DNA of 63,465 nucleotides, counting the filler, from Octopus bimaculoides (taxonomy: Eukaryota): the NCBI RefSeq assembly GCF_001194135.2. It is 5 parts of 3 records of this genome, joined end to end, with 100 filler letters (N's around TTAATTAATTAA, not from the genome) between each part and the next. Parts side by side here need not be neighbours in the genome. Positions count along the whole stretch, not along the records: positions 28,498 to 51,577 come from NC_068988.1; positions 51,678 to 55,970 come from NC_068984.1; positions 56,071 to 63,465 come from NC_068984.1; 2 more parts are not named here. One strand, given 5' to 3'. Below are positions 48,543 through 60,979 of the stretch, piece by piece. Within the stretch, counting starts at the first letter, position 1, and each line of letters begins with the position of its first letter. The notes under the pieces were generated by a model. It made no database searches and was not told where the DNA came from. It saw nothing but the letters and a program-made list of their open reading frames with translations. The position numbers and the translations under genes are program-made.

Positions 48543-48869
48543 TATAAATGTGTATACATATATGCATATATACATATGTATGTATATATATATATGTATA
48601 TATACATATACATACATACACATACACACTACGCGTGCGCGCAAACATATATATATGATGTGATAAGTACTAGCTAGTTAAGACACCTAAGTTATACAAG
48701 ACAAAAGTTACTCAAGTTACTGGTAAGAGATATCGAACACAGAACCATGTGGTACTCAAAAAGCGCGCACCTAAAACATTGGTTAATGTGTGTGAGTATA
48801 ATATCATACATTCTGTTGGGTTAACATTTTGCAATAGTTTAGTAACTTATTTGCTTTATTTACAACAGA

Positions 48870-49840
48870 ACAACCTAGCAATCAAAGCAGAGTCCATCTT
48901 GTTTTACCACCTGAAGCCACTTTCTGCCTGTTCTTAGATCTCACGCTGATACAAGATCTTGTCTTTCGAGGCGAATAACTCCTTCCCTGAATCTTCCACA
49001 TCTTCTTCTTTGAAGTATTACGAGCACAGGAAGTGAACCATGAATCAGAACAAATTACAATGTGATGGAGTGAAATCCGGACTACATGGAAGGCGTGACA
49101 TCATTTCGTTTTACTGAAATTTCCGGTGTTTCTTCGGCGAAGTGGGGGAGGGCGTTCAAGAGCCTTCAGTCCTTGCGTTGTCTTACTGCAGAAGAGCTCG
49201 ATTTCTGTTAACAAATACCGGATATTTTGCCATATATCCGCTTCAGCTGTCTGGAGTACAGATTAGCATCGATGGTGCGATCTTCAGGAATGAACGCGTA
49301 GTGAATTATCACATCAGAATTCCAAAAAGAGCAGAGCGTCACCTTGTGTTCAAAATGCCAATGTTCCGGAACCTGGCGCTTGCTTAAACTCTGCTTATGC
49401 ACACTGAGATTGCGGGAAATATTCCCCTCGGATTATTACTGGTTCCGATCCATAGCTCACTTCTTGCGCTCGGGACGCTTCATCAGCCAAGAGGAGATGG
49501 AAGCTTCAGTGAAGGATTAGGGCGCGAGTTCTCCTATCAGATAAAGCGTGATTTCTCCCATCAGTTCAAGCTAATGCATTACTTCATCCTAAGTCATACC
49601 GTTTTCTTGGCAAGGTTACAAGGGTCGTTTGTCATTTCCTTCCCCCAACTGAATGACCGTTGTCTTACTTCGAGCTCATCCACCTGGCAAGAAGTCTTTT
49701 GTTTTAGTCCTTACAAGATTAGCCACTGAAGTCGGTGAGAATGTTCAGTCGCCAACCATTCGACCGTCGAAGTACTGGTTTACAAGGTACCAGTAACAGC
49801 TCTCATCAGTCTCTGATGAAATCTTTGACCTTACAATATC
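48870..49840 (-). mobile_element. Degenerate mariner transposase
   Basis: HKVTLCSFWNSDVIIHY..IPEDRTIDANLYSRQLKR, LQ*DNAR and PCSPDFTPS motifs. Confidence 0.8.
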
Positions 49841-49841
49841 T

Positions 49842-49842
49842 A

Positions 49843-49877
<35 letters not shown>

Positions 49878-50046
49878 CTCTCTCTCTGAATCTCTCTCTC
49901 TGAATCTCTCTCTCTCTCTCTCTCTTTCTCTGAATCTCTCTCTCTCTTTCTCTGAATCTCTCTCTCTCTTTCTCTGAATCTCTCTCTCTCTTTCTCTGAA
50001 TCTCTCTCTCTCTTTCTCTGAATCTCTCTCTCTCTCTCTCTCTCTG
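49842..50046. repeat. Compound (CT)n repeat punctuated by GAAT
   Basis: Repeating ctgaatctctctctct(ttct) units. Confidence 0.9.
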
Positions 50047-50103
50047 TGAATATGTATATATTATATAAATACATATATCTATTTATCTATCTAACTAAAC
50101 ACA

Positions 50104-50159
<56 letters not shown>

Positions 50160-51898
50160 CATATCTTTATGTATTCGTGTGTATACATATACATACATGT
50201 ATATATGCATGTGTATGCGTATCTTTCTAGTATACATAACATATCTCGTAGGAAATAACATAAAACTCCACAACAGCAACGAATACGCCACCACCACCAC
50301 CGCCATACCACCACCACCACCACCACCACCACCATACCACCACCACCACNNNNNNNNNNNNNNNNNNNNNNNNNNNNNNNNNNNNNNNNNNNNNNNNNNN
50401 NNNNNNNNNNNNNNNNNNNNNNNNNNNNNNNNNNNNNNNNNNNNNNNNNNNNNNNNNNNNNNNNNNNNNNNNNNNNNNNNNNNNNNNNNNNNNNNNNNNN
50501 NNNNNNNNNNNNNNNNNNNNNNNNNNNNNNNNNNNNNNNNNNNNNNNNNNNNNNNNNNNNNNNNNNNNNNNNNNNNNNNNNNNNNNNNNNNNNNNNNNNN
50601 NNNNNNNNNNNNNNNNNNNNNNNNNNNNNNNNNNNNNNNNNNNNNNNNNNNNNNNNNNNNNNNNNNNNNNNNNNNNNNNNNNNNNNNNNNNNNNNNNNNN
50701 NNNNNNNNNNNNNNNNNNNNNNNNNNNNNNNNNNNNNNNNNNNNNNNNNNNNNNNNNNNNNNNNNNNNNNNNNNNNNNNNNNNNNNNNNNNNNNNNNNNN
50801 NNNNNNNNNNNNNNNNNNNNNNNNNNNNNNNNNNNNNNNNNNNNNNNNNTATATATATATATATATATGCGCGCGCGCGTGTGTGTGTATACATATATGT
50901 ATATATATATATGTATGTATAAATTTCCTTGTCTATATGTATAAACACACACACACGCACACAGACACACACACACACACATACATACACACACACACAC
51001 ACACGTATATGTTTATATAATGCTTCTATAACTTAATATGTAAACTAACAGAGTACATTCCAGGCCCTTCTGTCTCTGTAAATAAGTCAGAATTCTTTTC
51101 CTTTCTTTATGCGTGGGACGGTTGTATATATAAATATGATCGCACAGAGATTTCTTGTGCAATCTCGTCCCTATATATTCAACGCCTTTCTTAAAATTGC
51201 TATTTATAACTAAGTGCAACATATATTATGGCTTTCTGGTCTAGCTGAATAAAATGGCAAATAGCAGAAAAGACGCGATGACCCCTCATATCTATCCGGA
51301 TAATTTAGATATATTTAACAATCAACCCTTCTGTATACATCTATAAAGTTGTCAATGCTTACACAACTTACTAGTTTGTAATTACCTCCGGAAAAATCTC
51401 AAGCAACATATGCATGGAAAATCGGAATTAAGATTTATTTTGGAATGGTAATATAATATAAACATACATACAAATATAACATACATGCATGCATACCTGT
51501 ATATATGTATGTATAAATGTATATACATACGTGCATATATGTATCTATGTATAAATGTATTTACATACATATATATANNNNNNNNNNNNNNNNNNNNNNN
51601 NNNNNNNNNNNNNNNNNNNNNTTAATTAATTAANNNNNNNNNNNNNNNNNNNNNNNNNNNNNNNNNNNNNNNNNNNNTTCTTCTTCTTCTTCTTCTTCTT
51701 CTTCTTCTTCTTCTTCTTCTTCTTCTTCTTCCACCGTCTCGTCTTCTTTCTTTTCTTCCTCCTCCTCGTAATAATAATAATGATGATAATAATAATGATA
51801 ATAATAATGATAATAATAATAATAAATTACAATAGTCGACAAACAGAAAATCATGGTGGTGGTGACGATGATGACGGTCTTGATAATAGTGATAAAGA

Positions 51899-51934
<36 letters not shown>

Positions 51935-51945
51935 CTAATAATAAC

Positions 51946-51976
<31 letters not shown>

Positions 51977-51985
<9 letters not shown>

Positions 51986-52340
51986 TGCGGGATCTCAAGG
52001 CGACTACCATACCAGTGATTGTAGGATCTCTAGGAATGATAAAAAAAGGTACTTAAACCTATTTGAAAATGATACCAGGCTTACCATCCCTACAGGAAGT
52101 GCAAAAAATATTGCTAACTAGAACGACTCATGTACTGAGAAGAGCATTATCGCTGTGAAAACAACATCCATTCATGAATTTGTTTTTTTTCTTAAATACA
52201 TGCTTTATCTGTGAATTTGCGTGTGTAAACTGGGAATGCATACGAGTTTCTCTGCCCTAGGTGTACGGAAAACACTCGGCGAGAAATGGAAGAACATTTG
52301 AAGAAAGAAGAAAAATAACAACATAATAATAACAATAATA
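51977..52340 (+). mobile_element. RLE-type non-LTR 3' fragment between (AAT)n tracts
   Basis: KATTIPVIVGSLGMIKKGT*TYLKMIPGLPSLQEVQKILLTRTTHVLRRALSL*. Confidence 0.75.
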
Positions 52341-52799
52341 CTTTCTACTATAAGCACAAGACCTGAAATTTGGGGGTGGGGAGATAGTTGATTACATCGA
52401 CCTCAGTACTCAACTGCTACTTAATTTATCGACCCCGAAAGGATGAAAGGTAAAGTCGACCTCGGCGGAATTTGATCTCAGAACGTAGCGACGGGCGAAA
52501 TACTGCTAAGCATTTCGTCCACCACCACAACAACAACAACAACAAAAGCAACAGTAGCAAGAACAACAACAGTATAAACATCATATCATTAACAATGCCG
52601 CATATAAATCTCTATCGATCAGAAATCGATCAAGAAAACTTAGTTGAACAGAATGGAAAGGATAATAACTATATCGATGATATCACCCGTGTTAAAGAGA
52701 AGGCGTTTGTTTATGTTTGTGTTTATGTAAGTCATATATCCATATACGTACATACATACATACATACATGCAGAAGACTATGTATGAATATGTCAATAG

Positions 52800-53385
52800 A
52801 AAGAGGGTATGCGTTTGAAATCCAGGAACAGGAAATATCAACCAAGTACCTGATGCACAAAAGGGACAGAGACGCTGGATGTGATAATGATGCAGACTTT
52901 GTGGAGTTAACACTGAAGACAACACCCACATCATAAGCAGTTGTCCGAAAATGTCATCACGGTATTATCTACCGATGAAACATGATGTTGTTTGCCAGAA
53001 CACTGCATAATGAGATCCGTTGGAAGGATAATCCCGAGGACAAAGAAATAACTCACAATATGGTAGAAACCACAACCATTCATAATAAAAAGGAATACTG
53101 GTGGAATGTACCAGTGAAGACCTCAATAAAATGTAAGCGCAACAGACCTGATATTTGGGATAGAGAAGAGAAACTGTGCACAGTTGTGGAAATTAGCTGC
53201 CTAACAGATGTCAACATAAAGCTGAAGATCAGCTAAAAAGAGAACACCTATGCTGAGCTATTGAGAAATCTGCAGTTACTCTATCCAGATTACAAGTTCA
53301 GGTTTATACCTGTAATTTTTGGGATCCTGAGATATGTAATACACTGTTTAAATACCAATCTTGAGAAATTAGGCTTCTCAAACCC
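52800..53385 (+). mobile_element. RLE-type non-LTR fragment
   Basis: AFEIQEQEISTKYL, CRLC...THIISSCP, NRPDI...VVEISC and FRFIPVIFG motifs. Confidence 0.8.
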
Positions 53386-53454
53386 ACATAATTTCAAGAG
53401 CAAGCTGTTCCATTGATTGGATCAACTGGAACCTTCGTCGTAACCAACGGAGTG

Positions 53455-53511
<57 letters not shown>

Positions 53512-54378
53512 CGTATGTGTTACATGAATCATGAAGTCCTCTTAATACAGGAGTAACTCCAGTTAGGGACAATCAATGATATACACATGTCCAGGACTGC
53601 CCTGACCGCTAAAGGCTCGAGCCCTCTCTCATGCTCTCCAATCTACAGGTGCATACTTAGAGTAGGTAACGAGAGGTACCCAATTAACTAGATGTACCTA
53701 CATAACTTTAGCTATCTTGAAAGCTAGAAGTATCTAAATGATATAATGAGACCTGCACTGAATAAGAATTCATTTGACGATTTGACCATGTAATTGAGAA
53801 CCGTATTAATAAAAGGATAATAAAATCAGACTTATATGAATGTTTATTAAGATTGGAATTATTAAATATTTTTCAATTTATTGTAGATTTATTAAAAAGG
53901 CTTTCAACCTCATTCAAGAACTTGTCGTATTTAATAATGTACTAAAAACGAACCTTTTATTAAATTAAATCTATCGGGGGACATTTATGAAGGTAAATAT
54001 AGCATTTTAGGTAAGAATTAAGATATAAAAGGATATAAAGAAAATTCAGAGTTGTGTAGGAGTTCAATGGAAACAGCATGAAAGCACAAAGTAAAACAAA
54101 CTTATCTCTCCAGATGAAATTCAATGAATTAAAAGTAAAGGATGTGGAGATGGAACAGCTCAGGTATGCACGTAAGTGGAAGCAGAAACCAAAGACAATT
54201 TTCTTTGAGAGCAGTTGAGAGTTCAATAAAGAGATTGACTATAGAGAATGTAAGCTTATTAAGAATTCGTTGCTCATGGTGTAAATAAATTTTGTATAGG
54301 ACATCGTAATATAAAGATATATAAAGGAGATGTACCCCTGAGTATCTAAGCACTTCTAGGTATCTTCGGGTCTTTAGT

Positions 54379-54793
54379 TACTCTCTTTTTACTCTTTTAC
54401 TTGTTTCAGTCATTTGACTGTGGCCATGCTGGAGCACCGCCTTTAGTCGAGCAAATCGACCCCAGGACTTATTCTTTGTAAGCCTAGTACTTATTCTATC
54501 GGTCTCTATTGCCGAACCGCTAATGTTACGGGGACGTAAACACACCACCATCGGTTGTCAAGTGATGTTGGGGGGGGGGACAAACACAGACACACAAACA
54601 TATACGCACACACATATATATATATATATATACATATATACGACGGGCTTCTTTCAGTTTCCGTCTGCCAAATCCACTCACAAGGCTTTGGTCGGCTTGA
54701 GGCTATAGTAGAAGACACTTGCCCAAGGTGCCAAGCAATGGAAATGAACCCGGAACCATGTGGTTGGTAAGCAAGCTACTTACAACACAGCCA
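54379..54793 (-). mobile_element. SINE family A, near full length
   Basis: Reverse complement matches 57448-57833. Confidence 0.85.
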
Positions 54794-55308
54794 TTTCGAG
54801 TTACTCGGATGCATCTAGGTATATCTGGTTATCTAGGTACCTTTCGTTTTCTAGATACCTCTTGTGATCAAGGTCATCGCCGTCGTTATGTATCGGACCC
54901 TTGTTACAGCGCATTGTTGATACTGTCTCAGGGAGTCTCAGGGAGTAGCGTCCCTGCTTTCCTGTAGTAGTTTTCCACCACATTTCTTAAAAATCGTTTT
55001 AGAGGCCTTGGTCTCGGGACCACTCATGTCTAGAAACTGAGGTAGAACCGCCGGCCCCCGTTAACGGGGACAAAACCCAGTTATAAAAAAAACTGGATGA
55101 TGATGATTATCATTGTTACTATTATTTTTATTATTATTGTTGTTGCTGCTGTGGTAGTTGTATTCTAATAAAGTGGTTTGGAAACTTTATTCTAGCTTGT
55201 GTTTCCATTTGTTCTAAGGAACAAACACAATCGAAAACGTATTTATTTATTTATTTATTTATTTACTTACTTAGCTTTCTGTCCGTCTGTCAATCTACCA
55301 ATCAATAA

Positions 55309-55381
<73 letters not shown>

Positions 55382-55836
55382 GGAATGTGTTTGTGTGTTT
55401 ATGTATGTATATGTGTGTATATGTGTGTGTGTGTGTGTGCGTGTGTGTGTGTGTAAGTGAATGCGCGAGTGTATACAATATACAGCTATCCGCATCACAT
55501 GACATATCTGATCTCATCCAAAAATGAGTGCTCAATAATTAATTCAAATAAACTATGTTTGTGAGTGCATATATATATATATATATACATACGCACACAT
55601 TCACACACATACACCTATATATATGCTTGTGTGTCAGAGTGTGTGTGTGTGTGCGTGCGCGCCCGTACCAGTGTGTGACTTTAGTCGTAGGTATAACACA
55701 CATCACATACACGCAAATATATATATATATATACCGGAGTATATATGTCACTCGCTCTCTCTATATAATGTGCAACAAGGTGGGAAAAAGAGTACTCAAA
55801 TACCAGAGGTAGAGTAATATGCTTTATTTAAATAAA

Positions 55837-55873
<37 letters not shown>

Positions 55874-56079
55874 CAAGTATATACATACATGCAAACACAA
55901 CACGTACACACACACACATATGCACGGATACATGCATACATACATACATACGTACATACATACATATATANNNNNNNNNNNNNNNNNNNNNNNNNNNNNN
56001 NNNNNNNNNNNNNNTTAATTAATTAANNNNNNNNNNNNNNNNNNNNNNNNNNNNNNNNNNNNNNNNNNNNTTTTTTTTT

Positions 56080-56229
56080 TGATCCCTTTTGATCGAACTA
56101 CCCCCTTTTCCTTACTAGGATCCCTTTTGATCGACCCCCCCTTTTTTTCCCTTCCCCTCCCAAAAAGAAAAGCTCTACATTGTATTTGTCCCATCTTCGT
56201 TGAGCCCTGTGTGGCTAATAAAAGAAATG

Positions 56230-56275
<46 letters not shown>
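56080..56275 (+). mobile_element. 3' end of a young retroelement with an (ATCT)n tail
   Basis: Identical over about 80 bp to 28318-28397 (reverse complement); abuts a gap. Confidence 0.65.
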
Positions 56276-56703
56276 GCCTTCATTTATTCTATTTAATAAT
56301 ATGTATCGAATTAAATCTATTTAACTGACTTACTGAATAATATATTCATTAGTAAAATACAGATGTCCTGCAAATAGACGTCATGTTTGTAGCATCCGAA
56401 AATCTGTACACGGGTAGATTTCTGGTTGTGTGATGTTTATGATAGTATAATGTATACGTTAGTTAATACAAATATCGTATTAGTTGACATATGCCAATTT
56501 TCCCCCCAAAATGTATCTCAAAACTCCCTCTTCCCACGCCGGGTTCTGTAGGTGAAGTTGAACTCATGTTACATGTTTTAATGCACCAAAACTTTTCTCT
56601 TGAATATGCGATACTGAAATTGGGGTACGTCAAATATACCATTTGTGTCTTTTATGCCATCAAAAATAGTGTCTTTATTATCCCCAAGGGGCTTATAACG
56701 GAT

Positions 56704-57270
56704 GATAGTAACATCCGGTTTCATGGTGTTATCATAGGCCTTCAGGCATTAAGTGACTGAGACATAGGCATTGGGTCGGGAACGAAATTTGCTTACGGGG
56801 TACAAACTCAGGTCCAAATTTTTTTACAAACAAGATCTTATTGTTTTCTCTTCTTTTTTGTTTATTTCTGTTCTTTGTTCTTTGAGAAGAAACTTTTTAC
56901 ACACTGTTGCTTAAACCTGCGAAAAGTAAGTAGGGAGCAAATTTTGATTTTGCACCCACCAATATTTTAGGAGGTGAGCTTGCAACCCTTGCACGGCCTG
57001 TTCCTGGGCCCATGGACATAGGTAGAGTATATTTCCTCAGTAATTAAGAGAGGTTCTTGCTAAAGAACAAACGACAGTTTCTAATTAAGATGCGAGAAGA
57101 TAAGCCCCATGAGTGGCTTATTATGGTCGGTAGTGACATCCAGCTTCCTGGCGTTATCACAGACCTTCTGGCATTAAGTAACTGAGACGTAGACAGAGTG
57201 TATCTCCTCTGTAATTACAGAGTTTCTTGCCACAGAACAAAAGACAGTTTCTAATTAAGATTCAAGAAGA
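56704..57270 (+). repeat. Tandem duplication of about 170-bp period; first copy interrupted
   Basis: 56704-56768 plus 57023-57100 align with 57129-57270. Confidence 0.75.
56769..57014. mobile_element. hAT-type MITE, 246 bp
   Basis: 8-bp TSD GACATAGG at 56761-56768 and 57015-57022; imperfect TIRs CATTGGGTCGGGAAC and GTTCCTGGGCCCATG. Confidence 0.75.
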
Positions 57271-57447
57271 TTATTTCGTTTGTCTGTAACTTCAACCGAA
57301 TGATAAATTTTTGGAACGTGTTACTACATATTTTAACTGTCACAAAGTCACCAGATTACGAGAACTCCAATTAGCACCTATTTCTTTCTTTTTTTTTTCT
57401 CGAGATTCGTCCGTTTCTTAAGTATAAATGTGGAAAATTATCTATAT

Positions 57448-57833
57448 GGTCGCAGGAGTGGCTGTGTGATAAGTAGCTTGCTTACCAACCACATGGTTCC
57501 GGGTTCAGTCCCACTGCGTGGCACCTAGGGCAAGTGTCTTCTACTATAGCCTCGGACCGACCAAAGCCTCCTTATGAGTGGATTTGGAAGACGGAAACTG
57601 AAAGAAGCCCGTCGTATATATGTATATGTATATATATGTGTGTGTTTGTGTGTCTGTGTTTGTCCCCCCAACATCGCTTGACAACCGATGCTGGTGTGTT
57701 TACGTCCCCGTAACTTAGCGGTTCGGCAAAAGAGACCGATAGAATAAGTACTAGGCTTACAAAGAATTAGTCCTGGGGTCGATTTGCTCGGCCGCAGTCA
57801 AATGACTGAAACAAGTTAGAGAGTAAAAGAGTA
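57448..57833 (+). mobile_element. SINE family A, full-length reference copy (tRNA head, CORE-like box, internal microsatellite, tail)
   Basis: A/B-box-like head, gcacctagggcaagtg, microsatellite at 57615-57645, and (gagtaaaa)n tail. Confidence 0.88.
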
Positions 57834-57847
57834 TAGAGTTATAGATA

Positions 57848-57960
57848 TACGGAAACATTTTTTCGTGAACAGAATTATCGAAATATGGAATAACCTACAC
57901 CGTCGGTCGATAGCTGTCAGAACATTGTTTCTTGAAATTCGCCAAAACTACCCCTGATAT
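57848..57960 (+). mobile_element. Possible CR1/L2 3' remnant
   Basis: RKHFFVNRIIEIWNNL resembles the FF..RV...WN.LP terminus. Confidence 0.45.
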
Positions 57961-58084
57961 ACTTATGCGTCTTTCTGCTTTATGGTTCTTTTACTGTTCA
58001 TTTTTCTGTCTTTTATGCTTTATTCCGCGTATTATCCGTGTACTTTCGGCTTTCATATGCTGTCTTTAGCTACTTTAGTTTTAC

Positions 58085-58128
58085 CGCTTTCTGTTCCTTC
58101 TGTAGTGGCGCGAAATTATGGCCGCCAT
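58085..58128 (-). CDS. Candidate first coding exon, MAAIISRHYRRNRK
   Basis: ATGGCGGCC start next to NRF1-like sites; the donor cg|gtaaaa is weak; downstream exons were not identified. Confidence 0.3.
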
Positions 58129-58260
58129 TAAGGAAGTACAATCTACGCATGCGCAAGGGACTTGCCTTCCCAGAAGCCCCTCGAGTGCGCATGCGTAGTA
58201 AAACCAGTACTTAAAGCGCTTCGCGCGCTTTCTAAGCTCTTTTTAGCGCGATGCCTTCGA
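58105..58260. promoter_or_regulatory. CpG-rich candidate promoter
   Basis: Inverted CTACGCATGCGCA pair (58143-58155 and 58186-58198), minus-strand AATGGCGGC, GGAAGT, and dense CpG in an AT-rich window. Confidence 0.6.
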
Positions 58261-60456
58261 TGTAACAACAACTTGCTCCTTTCAGATGCCTCAACGAAGC
58301 TCTTAACCTTCCAATGCTGATTACAAGTTAACCAGCGGCTGTCAGGCTGAATAACACAGGATTTGTAAAACCAGGCATCACCAAAAATAAAACTTATTTT
58401 TATTATGTTGTTAATTGTTCTACTGTTTCTTAATATATAATTTTGTTGAAAGGTTATAGAGAAAGACTAATGTCTCTATTGCAACTATCAACCTTTTACA
58501 CTTCCTTTAACCCCTTTCCGACCAGTTGCTGTGCACCTGAGCACGGCATACAATAAACTCCTAAGTGTGTTATGAAATCTACAACCAACGTATAACTAAC
58601 CGAAGATTTATAACATTAGCTGTAGAAAGTTTCTCTTTTACCGACCTTCATGAGGCATTCACGATATTTAGACAAATGATTCATATAATATTAGAATTAT
58701 ATTTTGTGTCCGAGAGCAAGAATGTCTGAACTTGGCGAATAATCTTAGTTATCAATATAATAACTTAATATAATTTCTATGTTACTATCAGGAAGTATAG
58801 ATCGAATTAATGCTGTAATATCTGTAATATCCTGTCTGATAGGAAATTAGTATCTTTCTGACCTTTCGGGACTGCAGCTGCTTTGCATCTTCGATTCTTT
58901 TTTTTTCCCTCCTTTTACTTGTTTCAATCATTGGACTGTGGTCATGCTGGAGTATCGGCTCCTTGTTGTAAATAAGAGAAACCACCTGTTACTTACCGTT
59001 ATTCAGAGCGGATTACAAAACATATCATAAACCTCGTGGAATCTTGTTTGTACGATCATGGCTAAAATTGAAATTGATAACAACACTAATACCAATACAA
59101 GCAGCACTAATAACGGCTACACTTTATATAAAACGATGTATGTATACTCTTACAAACACATACATATAAACATACATACATATGATTATGAAAATTTTAT
59201 GTCAGTCTAAGAAAAATATGGCAGTCGGAACTCTCCTCTTAACAACAAGACAATATCCCACAATGCATTTGCTGTACCAATGCAGATTCTAACATTTAGG
59301 ATACTTGTCTGGTCCGTAGAGAAAATCCACTCCATAGATTTTAAAACCTGCACAACGCTACGTACCGGGAGCGAGTTCCTCATGAAGCACTCTGTCCCTC
59401 CCATACAACTCCAAACAGCTGGACTAACATACCTCATTAACGCTAATGAATTTTTTTTTATTACGGCTATAATTTCAATTAATTATTATTTATTTTTGGT
59501 TCATTTGATAAAGTATCGTTACCTGCACTTAACTATATATTCCTCATACAGAAGAGGTTATTGGAATATTTGCCAATGTCATCAATATATATATATAATA
59601 ACTTGGTCTAATGAACCCTTCTGTTGATTAATAATAGGTGGTAGGGTTAATTAATCACCAATTTTAAGACCACCACCACCAAGTACTCCAAGTACGTTCA
59701 AGTAAGCCACTCTGTTGCTAGCATGCGGGAAGATTTTTGGTTTAGGATAACCTCTTCCCTACTCTCACGAAGCCCTATAAAGGGTCATGGCCACAGCCTT
59801 TTCTCGAATTAAAAGATAAATATGATGATAGTGATAATAGTTTCAATTAATTAAAAAATATTATCGGCTCACCACATCAAGCATCGTAACCTGCACTTAC
59901 CTACATGTTCTTCATGCAGACGGGATCCTTGAAATATTTTCCAAAGCTCTTTAGTTAATAAAGTAAATTTAGTTTAATGAATCATTCTTGAAAATGTTGA
60001 GTAATAATTTCCGTTTGGTCATCTCATGACGTGTGTAATTTCTATTGTAAATATCAATCAACCAGTTCACTCATTATTGGTCACTTGTTAATCGTTATCA
60101 ATAGCTGCTGGGTATTCTCTTTCGACCTTTCCATTATTAAAGGAAAACATTAGTTGATTCAAGGAAGAATTCCTGTCATTTACGATGTCTCCGAATTGGA
60201 ATAAATAATACCTGGTGGTATTATTCGCGAATGTTCCATTAATCTGTTATTTTTCTTGGATTGTTTTCAAGAACGTCTTCTTGGAAATAATGATTAAATG
60301 TTTTCCTAGTCGTTTATGATAGCGTAAACATGAACGAGAATAGGAAAACTTTTTGTTTCGAATATATCGAGCTTTTATATATTCAATTGATTAGACAGAA
60401 TGGCCGGTCCATGCATCTACCTACCTACCTACCTACCTACCTACCTACCTACCTAC

Positions 60457-60519
<63 letters not shown>

Positions 60520-60798
60520 CTCACTTGTCTACATGTCTGTCTGTTTGGCTGTCTGTTTGTCTGTACATCCGTTTAGTGTTGACTGAAAGAAGATTACTCA
60601 ATACAATAGTAGAGATTAATATTTCTATTTTGTTCGAGTCAGACTCTCGGCTAGAGACGAAAGAGAAAAACTGAACAAATATATATGTGCTTGCATGAAA
60701 GAATATATACATGTATACACACATATACATATATATGCATATACATACATATATATGTATATATACATATATATATATACGTACATACATACATACAT

Positions 60799-60867
<69 letters not shown>

Positions 60868-60979
60868 CATACACACACATATATATGCGTACACACGCAC
60901 ATATATATGATGATTGCTTCATCTTGACAGATGACAGCCGTCCCACCAACACACACACTACACCCCATCACACAACACA

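Noticed and set aside
57448-57520. tRNA gene candidates at SINE heads
   Set aside because: A/B boxes are present, but there is no cloverleaf and they continue into SINE bodies.
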